DNA from: Promethearchaeota archaeon | Lineage (GTDB): Archaea > Asgardarchaeota > Lokiarchaeia > Sigyniarchaeales > SOKP01 | Direction: 5' to 3' | Assembly (NCBI GenBank): GCA_019057865.1 | Contig: JAHLWP010000001.1 | Coordinates: forward strand, 32,001 to 96,000 | DNA length: 64,000 nt | Shown here: one piece after another, positions 10,277-18,046 of the stretch | How the letters are laid out: each line of letters starts with the position of its first letter | Position numbering within the stretch: position 1 is the stretch's first letter | Translations under genes and position numbers: made by a program | Notes under the pieces: generated by a model | Seen by the model: the letters and a program-made list of their open reading frames with translations, nothing else | Told to the model about the DNA's origin: nothing | Database searches by the model: none

Positions 10277-11014
10277 ATGTTTTCTCCTGCTAGTTTAAAA
10301 GGTGAATCGCCAGTTCCTATCGATGAAAGAATTCGCAAAAAATATTTTATTCTTTATTTGGTAATCATTATTCTTAGTTTTATTCCTTGTTCATTATTTG
10401 AGTATTTTTATTTCATATCTTTATGGAAAGAACAATTTTACATAATTTTTCTTTTGTTATTGCCTTTTAATATATTTATTTTAATTTATATCCTCCAATT
10501 AAGTGCGATTTTATTTTCATCGTTATTTTTAACATTAATTAAGATTATATACTCACCGAAAGAGGGTGTTTTTAGACGCAACATTGAAGATAAGGATTAT
10601 CTTTACTGGAATTTAAGAAATATTGTGAAAAAATGGCCGTTGTTTATTACAGCTTCAAATCCTTTTCCTTGGCTAAAAAATCGTTTTACATTGAGGTTAT
10701 TTGGAGTGAAAATTGGAAAAAAATGTATATGCGATAATGCCTGGATTTCTTCGGAGTTTGTAACAATTGGTAAAAATGTTATTATTGGTATGAATTCAAC
10801 AGTCATTACTTTCGGGATTGAAAAAGATAATTTTATTCTTAAAAAAATTATTATTGAAGATGATGCACTAATAGGAGCTAAATGTGTGTTATTACCTGGT
10901 ACATTAATTAAAAAGAATGCTAAATTATCAGCACATTCCTATACAAATTATGATGATATTTTAGAAGAAAATTTAATTTATGCTGGTCATCCTGCAAAAT
11001 TAAAGAAAAAATAA
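10277..11014 (+). CDS. Membrane-anchored hexapeptide-repeat acyltransferase-like protein (paralog of 5719-6612)
   Basis: TM segments, PKEGVF, GVKIGK and hexapeptide repeats, AGHPAK. Start placed at ATG 10277 by comparison with the displaced copy at 6619. Confidence 0.8.
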   Translation: MFSPASLKGESPVPIDERIRKKYFILYLVIIILSFIPCSLFEYFYFISLWKEQFYIIFLLLLPFNIFILIYILQLSAILFSSLFLTLIKIIYSPKEGVFRRNIEDKDYLYWNLRNIVKKWPLFITASNPFPWLKNRFTLRLFGVKIGKKCICDNAWISSEFVTIGKNVIIGMNSTVITFGIEKDNFILKKIIIEDDALIGAKCVLLPGTLIKKNAKLSAHSYTNYDDILEENLIYAGHPAKLKKK

Positions 11015-11020
11015 AGGATT

Positions 11021-12616
11021 ATGATAACCGAAAAGAGTTTAACAATGGGAACCTCAGAAAAAGTTAGTAAAAAGAAAAGATTGGTAATTGTTTCAGATAC
11101 TCACATGACTCGTTGGGAAGGAGCGTTTAACCTTCACGCGTATAATGTAGGAATTGAGAAAATTAATAAAATAAAAGATGTGTCTCTTTTCCTTCATTTA
11201 GGTGATATAACTCATACGGGAACTTTATTAGAGTATGAATACGCTATGGAACAATTCAAAAAGTTTAAACCTATTTCAAAAGCTCCACTTATGTTTCTAA
11301 TTGGCAACCACGACAGTCTTAACGTTGGATATTTATTATTCGAAGAAATGATTGGTAGGAGACATTATGAGTATGAAGATGATGAATTATATGTGATTGG
11401 GGTTGATAGCACAAAACCAGATTTACCAGGTGGTATTATCCATCATAATATAAGAGAAGCTGTTAGAAAAAGACTAGAAAAACCAGAAAGGGAAGATAAA
11501 TTTAAAGTAGTGTGTTTTCATCACCAACTCATTCCGATACCCAATACAGGAAAAGAAAGATCAGCTATAGATGATTCAGGAGATATGCTTAAAATGTTAA
11601 TCGATGCTAAAGCAGATTTAGTGCTAAATGGGCATAGACATATTTCAAATCTATATGCTGTTTCCAGTAGTGAAAAAGATTTATATATTTTTAATGCCGG
11701 AACTTTTAGTTGCAATAAAACAAGATATAGAGAACTTTTTACCTATAGTATTATAGATATCTTAGGAAATAAAATCAATTTTAAAATTTTACCTATATTA
11801 GATTCAAATTTTAAGAAAGAGATACATAGGGAGGTTAATTATTATCTCCCTTTAGAAATTGAAATGGATCAAAAACCATTATGCAAATTTATACAATTTT
11901 CAAATTCTTTAATTTCTGCAGACTCAGAAGAGAAATTCACTAATTTAGATAAGGCAATAGATAAGATAAACAAAATAAAAAATATAGATTTAGTTGTACA
12001 TACAGGTAATTTATCTAAAAATAGCTATAAAGAAGAATTTATTATTGCTAAAGAAAAACTAAACAAATTGATTCATCCTCTTTTAGTGGTACCTGGTTTC
12101 ACTGATTCAAAACCTCCCGCATGGGATTATTGGATGAATTATATCGGTTCATTGGATCCTTTATATGAAAATGATAAAATTTATTTTCAGGGAATTAATT
12201 CTACTACTCCGGATTCTAATGAAGGATTTATAGGTCGAAAAAGGCTAAATAGATTCATAGATAAAGTATTAAAACTAAGCCATCAAAAAATATTTGGGGT
12301 GTGTTGTTTTCATAGTTTAATTCCTACACCGCTTTCAGTATGGAGAACAGAGTTAATTGATTCTGGAGATGTTCTCTCTCAATTCGCTCGTACACAAGTA
12401 GATATTGTATTAAATAATACACCAAGTATATCTTTTAATGCAAAGATTGAGAATACAATATTTTCGAATGGAGGAAATCTTGAAGTGGAACGTTTCGATA
12501 ATTCTTTTATTGAAATTGATATTTACAAGAAGGGATTTGTTGTTTTAAAAGAGCATAATTTAAGAACTGGTGAAGTTAAAGTAATTGGTAACTATTACAT
12601 TACAATTTTAATTTAA
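11021..12616 (+). CDS. Tandem calcineurin-like metallophosphoesterase (second domain degenerate)
   Basis: Domain 1 has SDTH, GD, GNHD, HH and GHRH; in domain 2 these read SNSL, GN, GFTD, HS and NTPS. Confidence 0.85.
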   Translation: MITEKSLTMGTSEKVSKKKRLVIVSDTHMTRWEGAFNLHAYNVGIEKINKIKDVSLFLHLGDITHTGTLLEYEYAMEQFKKFKPISKAPLMFLIGNHDSLNVGYLLFEEMIGRRHYEYEDDELYVIGVDSTKPDLPGGIIHHNIREAVRKRLEKPEREDKFKVVCFHHQLIPIPNTGKERSAIDDSGDMLKMLIDAKADLVLNGHRHISNLYAVSSSEKDLYIFNAGTFSCNKTRYRELFTYSIIDILGNKINFKILPILDSNFKKEIHREVNYYLPLEIEMDQKPLCKFIQFSNSLISADSEEKFTNLDKAIDKINKIKNIDLVVHTGNLSKNSYKEEFIIAKEKLNKLIHPLLVVPGFTDSKPPAWDYWMNYIGSLDPLYENDKIYFQGINSTTPDSNEGFIGRKRLNRFIDKVLKLSHQKIFGVCCFHSLIPTPLSVWRTELIDSGDVLSQFARTQVDIVLNNTPSISFNAKIENTIFSNGGNLEVERFDNSFIEIDIYKKGFVVLKEHNLRTGEVKVIGNYYITILI

Positions 12617-12667
12617 TCTAAAAATAATTTTAATTTTTAACATCATATTATCAATTTTGATAGAGAC

Positions 12668-13903
12668 ATGAAGAATCCTATTTACTTAAAACAATTTAAT
12701 TTGATTCTTATCAGATACAACGAGATTTGGTTAAAATCTCAAAAAGTAAAAATTCGAATGTTAAGAATCTTAATGAACAATATTAAAAATATGTTAAAAC
12801 GTGAGGGAATATCATTTCATAAATATCAGCTAAGTAAAGATTCAGCAAGAATATTCTTTTTTTTAAAAAATAAAGATATATGTAATGCTATAGAAGTTTT
12901 AAAGAACGCTTTTGGAATATATTCACTAAGTCCAACTTTAAGAACTTCAAGCGAACTCAAAAATATAACTAAAAAAACTATTGAAGTATGTGAGGAAGTA
13001 TTGAAAAAAGGGGATACTTTTGCTCTTAGAGTTAAACGATCAGGAAAACATGAATTTTCTTCCCAAGATGTCGCTGTAAAAGTAGGAAAAGCAATATTAG
13101 ATAATTTTTCGAATTTAAATTTAAAGGTTAATCTATCAAATCCTAAAAAGAAGATTTTTATAGAAGTCAGAGATGAATTTGCTTACATTTTTACCCAGAT
13201 AATCAAAAGTAAATGGGGAGGTTTACCTATTGAAACAAATAAGAAAATCTTAATAATGGATGTTGGAAGAATTAATGATATTATTGCTGGATTTTTATTG
13301 ATGAGAAGAGGATGTGAAATTTACCCTATATTATTTAACCTAACTGAAAATAACGATGTTTTTGAAAAAAGAATATTAAATTGGAAGGAATTAATACATT
13401 TTACTCCTTATTTTAAATTCACGATAAGAAAAATTAATTTAGTTGAGATAATTCAAAACATCTTGCATGAACTTAGTGAGGAGAAATATATCTGTGCTAT
13501 CTGTCGGCTTATTAGGTTTGATATTATCTCAAAAATATTAAAAGATTCAAATATAAATGTTTTCGACAAAATTAGGGCAATTTCTGATGGAGTAAGTTTA
13601 AATAATTCAACACTATGTACCGATGATATTGATTTAGAATCACTCTCATTCAATTTTTTATTTTCTGAATATCCAATCTTTACATCATTAATAGGTTCAG
13701 ATTTAGAAAAAATTCAACATTTCCAAAATAACATATCAAAGAAACTATTAAAAGTCGATTACTGTCAATTTAAACCTAAAAATCAAGAATTTAATAGTCA
13801 AATTTTAGAAAAATTATATAGATCTTTAAAACTTGAGGATATAATAAAGGATAGTATAGAAAGTATGGAAGAATATGATATTTTACTAAATGAAACTCTC
13901 TAA
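12668..13903 (+). CDS. thiI: ThiI-like THUMP-domain protein with degenerate PP-loop
   Basis: IRYNEIWLKS N-terminus, THUMP (TFALRVKRSGKH), GGLP, LMRRG and CAICR; the PP-loop position reads DVGRINDI instead of SGGxDS. Confidence 0.75.
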   Translation: MKNPIYLKQFNLILIRYNEIWLKSQKVKIRMLRILMNNIKNMLKREGISFHKYQLSKDSARIFFFLKNKDICNAIEVLKNAFGIYSLSPTLRTSSELKNITKKTIEVCEEVLKKGDTFALRVKRSGKHEFSSQDVAVKVGKAILDNFSNLNLKVNLSNPKKKIFIEVRDEFAYIFTQIIKSKWGGLPIETNKKILIMDVGRINDIIAGFLLMRRGCEIYPILFNLTENNDVFEKRILNWKELIHFTPYFKFTIRKINLVEIIQNILHELSEEKYICAICRLIRFDIISKILKDSNINVFDKIRAISDGVSLNNSTLCTDDIDLESLSFNFLFSEYPIFTSLIGSDLEKIQHFQNNISKKLLKVDYCQFKPKNQEFNSQILEKLYRSLKLEDIIKDSIESMEEYDILLNETL

Positions 13904-14046
13904 AAAGAAACTTAACATATTAATTTATTTTATGGTTTATAAAAATGAAACTTAAAAGAAAGGAATCTTTCTAGAAAACTCAGAAATAGAGATTATTTGG
14001 TTTTAACATTAACAAGATTATGTAATTCTCAATTATAATAAAAGGA

Positions 14047-14334
14047 ATGATTATGGCAAAAGTAAAATTGAACCTATTAAATATCTTTCAATTAAAACTT
14101 AATAAAAAATTTATTGAATATGAGGGAAACACTGTTGGGGATATAATCTCTAAATTTATAGATGAGAATAAAGAAAAACTTGATGAAAATTTAATAATTA
14201 AAAACAAAAAAAAGCTAAATCCACAAATGCTAATTTTAGTGAATGGACGGAATATTAAATACTTAAATAATTATAAAACCAAACTTAGTAATGGAGATGA
14301 GCTATACCTATCATTTCCTTTGGCAGGGGGCTAA
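14047..14334 (+). CDS. MoaD/ThiS/SAMP-family ubiquitin-like sulfur carrier
   Basis: ILVNGRNI...L.NGDEL...PLAGG with C-terminal diglycine. Confidence 0.9.
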   Translation: MIMAKVKLNLLNIFQLKLNKKFIEYEGNTVGDIISKFIDENKEKLDENLIIKNKKKLNPQMLILVNGRNIKYLNNYKTKLSNGDELYLSFPLAGG

Positions 14335-14477
14335 CTTAATTAAATGTTGAGTATATTACCTCAAGACAAAAATAGTCTTATAATTTCTTACGAAATGTAA
14401 TGATTTATTAATATCTTTAATTATTGAATTATTATTGGATAAACTTTTTTAGGTAATACAACATAAATAATTTCAGA

Positions 14478-14532
14478 AATCAATATGTACGCAAGTATTA
14501 TAACCGCAATTACAAAAAGGGGTCGGATTTGA
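14478..14532 (+). repeat. Partial duplicate of the GTPase 5' end forming a 15-codon upstream ORF
   Basis: 14478-14492 equals 14532-14546, and 14492-14519 equals 14588-14615; ATG 14485 to TGA 14530-14532 encodes MYASIITAITKRGRI. Confidence 0.8.
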
Positions 14533-14538
14533 ATCAAT

Positions 14539-15477
14539 ATGTACGCTAGGAAGGTAGTTTTTTTAGGACTCGACTTTGCAGGTAAAACAAGTATTATAAC
14601 CGCAATTACAAAAAGATTTGGTTTTGAAGAAGAGGTAGCAAGATTAAAACCAACTCGAAGAGTTGCTAGGGATACTTTTAGATTTTTAGGATTAGAATTT
14701 TATAGAATGGATTTTGGGGGTCAAGCCCAATACAGAGAAGATTATTTAAAAAATCCAGCAAAATATTTAAGCGGAACAGATTTGATTTTTTATGTTATTG
14801 ATGCCCAAGATTATAACAGATATATAGAAACCATAGATTATCTAGACCAACTTCTGCTTTTTTTTAAAGAGGAACAAGATTATCCTCCTATATGTGTGTT
14901 ATTCCATAAAATGGACCCTCAATTCGTCAAAGATAGAGTCATTAATCGAAAAATTCTTACGTTAAAGCAAGCACTTACGAGATATTCACATGATTTTGAT
15001 ATTTTTTTCTTTGAAACGACTATATTTGACATCAAATCGATAATGACAGCGTTTTCAAGTGGCCTATCAATGGTATTTGAAAAGATGGAAATAGTTTCAA
15101 ATTTATTTTCAGAGATAAGTAGGAATTACAACTCAATTTTAATTGCATTATTTGATGCAAAAGGGATAACAATTGGAGAATATTATAAGCCTCATCTACA
15201 ATTAAAAGAAAAAATAAAAATCTATGAAATTTATATTAAGTTACAAAAGCAGATTGTAGCAGAAAATAGAACTTTACTTGAATTTTCTGATAAATTTGAT
15301 AGTGGAATTAAATTTTCTGGCGTAATTGAAGTTCTTAATTTTGGCAATTTATATTTTTATTTATTATTTATAATACAAGAGGATGAAACTGATTTGGAAA
15401 AAACAGTTGATATTTTAAATAAAATTGAGTCGGCTAAACCCCAAATGGAGAATTTGATTTTACAGATTATCCAATAA
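14539..15477 (+). CDS. Rag/Gtr-like small GTPase with C-terminal roadblock-like domain
   Basis: GLDFAGKT, DFGGQ and HKMD motifs; C-terminal alpha/beta extension (LIALFDAKGITIG). Confidence 0.8.
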   Translation: MYARKVVFLGLDFAGKTSIITAITKRFGFEEEVARLKPTRRVARDTFRFLGLEFYRMDFGGQAQYREDYLKNPAKYLSGTDLIFYVIDAQDYNRYIETIDYLDQLLLFFKEEQDYPPICVLFHKMDPQFVKDRVINRKILTLKQALTRYSHDFDIFFFETTIFDIKSIMTAFSSGLSMVFEKMEIVSNLFSEISRNYNSILIALFDAKGITIGEYYKPHLQLKEKIKIYEIYIKLQKQIVAENRTLLEFSDKFDSGIKFSGVIEVLNFGNLYFYLLFIIQEDETDLEKTVDILNKIESAKPQMENLILQIIQ

Positions 15478-16482
15478 AATCCTGATTATTTTCAATAAAT
15501 AAGTAGCGTATTTTCCACATAAACTAAGAATAGATTTCAATTGATCAGAATTCTCTTTTTTAAGCAACTCATTTAATTTAAATTTATCTTCTACAGCATC
15601 ATATAATTTTGTTAAAAATCCAGCAGCGTAACAATCTCCAGCTCCTGTTCGATCTACTATTTCTGAGACTTCAACACCAGGAAAGTGAAGATTAAAGAAA
15701 TCAGTTATTATATAAGAACCCTTACTTCCTGCTGTATAAACCCGGATTTTTGCATATGGTTTGAATTTTTCATCAACTTCTATTACTGATGAATGGTTAT
15801 TTTTTAAAATAATATATGCATCTTTCAAATTAAGAAAAAAAAGATCATATCTTTTCCTTATTAATTGAGTTAATTGTTGTAAAGTTTGAACTTTTTGAGT
15901 TTCAATATTATATGCTGTGATTAAATCTAATTGAGAAGCTCTTTCAAATATTTCTATAAACTTTTTAGCAATAGGAGTAGAAAAAATTATTTTCCCATTC
16001 TCAAATATAACATCATCTACTTTTTTTCCCTCAAAACTCATTTTATTTTTCAAGTTTGGAGCCAAATGGATTTTAGTAGTAAAACTAGACTTTATTATAG
16101 TGCTAACTGGAGTGATTTCATCTATTTGAAAAACAGCATCAGTATTAATACCTAATGCTTTTAATTCATCATACATCCATTCACTTCCTCTCCCAATGAT
16201 TGAAATTAGTTTTGTTGGAATTCCCAATCTAGTGAGAAATTCACTTGAATTATTACCATTACCTCCACGTTTAAAATAACAATGGCCAATGATTTTTTTA
16301 GGTGTTTCTGAAAATCCACTTTTGATAACTTTCTCAAATATCTTGCGATTTAAATCATCAGGATTATACTTAATAAATTGACTTAATCGAGATACGATTT
16401 TTTCAACTAATTGCTCGTAAAAATCGCTTTCATAATTAAGATCTAGATGCAGTTCACCTAGAACTAGTATTTCTTTTAACAT
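15460..16482 (-). CDS. PfkB/ribokinase-family sugar kinase
   Basis: GGNGNN and DRTGAGDCYAAGFL signatures. Confidence 0.85.
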   Translation of the reverse strand: MLKEILVLGELHLDLNYESDFYEQLVEKIVSRLSQFIKYNPDDLNRKIFEKVIKSGFSETPKKIIGHCYFKRGGNGNNSSEFLTRLGIPTKLISIIGRGSEWMYDELKALGINTDAVFQIDEITPVSTIIKSSFTTKIHLAPNLKNKMSFEGKKVDDVIFENGKIIFSTPIAKKFIEIFERASQLDLITAYNIETQKVQTLQQLTQLIRKRYDLFFLNLKDAYIILKNNHSSVIEVDEKFKPYAKIRVYTAGSKGSYIITDFFNLHFPGVEVSEIVDRTGAGDCYAAGFLTKLYDAVEDKFKLNELLKKENSDQLKSILSLCGKYATYLLKIIRILLDNL

Positions 16483-16513
16483 GATAGTTCCCCCTAGTAA
16501 AATAAATCTTTAA

Positions 16514-16617
16514 CGCAGATGGAGGGAATCGAACCCCCGAGCGCTTTCGCGCACCGGCTCTCTATGTCAGCAAAAAAACTCTCGAGGCCGGCGTCTTACC
16601 AGCTAGGCTACATCTGC
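16514..16617 (-). tRNA. tRNA-Ser(CGA) with 21-nt intron at canonical position 37/38 (16560-16580)
   Basis: Acceptor GCAGATG/CATCTGC, anticodon stem CCGGC/GCCGG with loop CT-CGA-G|A, long variable arm, T-loop TTCGATT, discriminator G, no encoded CCA. Confidence 0.93.
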
Positions 16618-16704
16618 TTAAATGTGAAATTATATAAAACTACTATTAATTTTAAAATGGAATAGATATAAATTTCTTTCCATTTTAAGGTTAAGAGAAA
16701 CTAG

Positions 16705-17007
16705 TTATTTTGATACCGGAACATAGATTTTTAATTTTAAAGAGGGGTCTAGTAATTTAATTAATCCTTCTTCTTCATATTGTTTAAATAATAATTTTAC
16801 TGTTGAGACTCTTATATCATATTTTAATGCGATATCTGTTGCTAGAATGCTTTTCCTTTTTAATATTTCTTCTTTTAGATCTTTCTCAAGCTTTCTCGGA
16901 ATGAATGCATCTCTCTCAACAACATTTATCTGTTTGGTTCTTCCATATTTTCTTCTTAGATTTAATGTTCCTTTTCTTACTATTAGTTTTTCTTCTTTCT
17001 CAGACAA
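16705..17007 (-). CDS. rps25e: Small-subunit ribosomal protein eS25
   Basis: Basic 100-aa winged-helix protein with eS25 pattern (IALKYDIRVSTVK...EEEGLIK...IY). Confidence 0.8.
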   Translation of the reverse strand: MSEKEEKLIVRKGTLNLRRKYGRTKQINVVERDAFIPRKLEKDLKEEILKRKSILATDIALKYDIRVSTVKLLFKQYEEEGLIKLLDPSLKLKIYVPVSK

Positions 17008-17159
17008 ATAAAATCACAAAATTTTCTCGAAGATGAGTATTCGAATAATTTGAAATAAAAAATATTTAAAATCTAATAAAATTTTTGATTTAATATTGAA
17101 TTATAAATAAGATAGATATTGCTAACCATAATATAATGAGTTTTTAAGCTACAAGGAAA

Positions 17160-17795
17160 TTGAATGAAGATTTTAATTTTAATGTAAAGAAAGAGAGACC
17201 AGAAGAGATTTACCAGAATATTTTTGATTACTATACGGAACAAACAATTCTTCAATATGCTACTTCAAAAAGTATGAAAAAAATACAAGAAAAGATAACA
17301 TTAAGAGCTCTCGAAATCTTAGATCATACAAAAAAAAATTATATAATTTTAGATGCAGGAAGTGGACCAGGTTTTACATCCATTTTTTTAAAAACACTTG
17401 GTTATAAGAATGTTGTTGCTCTTGATTTGATCTCTGATTTCCTAAAGATTTTTGATCTGAAAGATGTGAATCCAATATTAGCAGATATGTGCTTTCTTCC
17501 ATTTCGATCTCATATTTTTGATGCTGTCATTTCAATTTCAGCTTTACAATGGATATATAGAGATATTAATAATAAAAGTATGGATTTGAAGTTAATAAAT
17601 ATGATAAACTCTTTTTATAATGCTCTAAAACCTAAATGTAAGGCAGTAATTCAATTTTATCCTAAGAATAAAACAATTATGGAAAATATAGGGAAAATAA
17701 TTGTAAAGAACACCGATTTTGATGGAAATTTCATAATAGACAATCCAAATAATCCTAAAAAGAGAAAAATTTTTTTATTACTGAAGAAAAATTAA
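17160..17795 (+). CDS. Bud23/WBSCR22-like SSU rRNA m7G methyltransferase
   Basis: RPEE, IQEKITLRALEIL, ILDAGSG, PFR..FDAVISISALQW and QFYPKN are collinear with the corresponding motifs of yeast Bud23. Confidence 0.85.
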   Translation: MNEDFNFNVKKERPEEIYQNIFDYYTEQTILQYATSKSMKKIQEKITLRALEILDHTKKNYIILDAGSGPGFTSIFLKTLGYKNVVALDLISDFLKIFDLKDVNPILADMCFLPFRSHIFDAVISISALQWIYRDINNKSMDLKLINMINSFYNALKPKCKAVIQFYPKNKTIMENIGKIIVKNTDFDGNFIIDNPNNPKKRKIFLLLKKN

Positions 17796-18046
17796 TAAAT
17801 TTTAGAAACAAGATGATATAACTTTAAGTTCTCTATTTTAAAGATATGATAAAATCTAGTTGTTTTATTTTCTTAATTGCTTAATATTTTTTATCTAATA
17901 GTAAAGATTTTTATTTACAAGATTTATTATTTTTATACATTTTTCAAAAATTAATAAAAACATATATACTAGAAATAGGATCTTAATGTTAACAAATTCT
18001 ATTTTTTCGTATATAAAAAAAATTTGTTATAAAAAAGGTAATAAAT

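Larger units (their letters stand above)
6637..10302. mobile_element. Putative homing-endonuclease-type insertion element (3658 bp between TTAAAAGG copies), no integrase or transposase
   Basis: Bounded by TTAAAAGG at 6637-6644 and 10295-10302 inside a duplicated, recoded gene start; carries two antisense genes, one with tandem HNH motifs. Confidence 0.75.

Noticed and set aside
16514-16617. Possible tRNA-Sec, given the long variable arm and the selenoproteins nearby
   Set aside because: The anticodon is CGA with a standard 7-bp acceptor stem, so it is tRNA-Ser.
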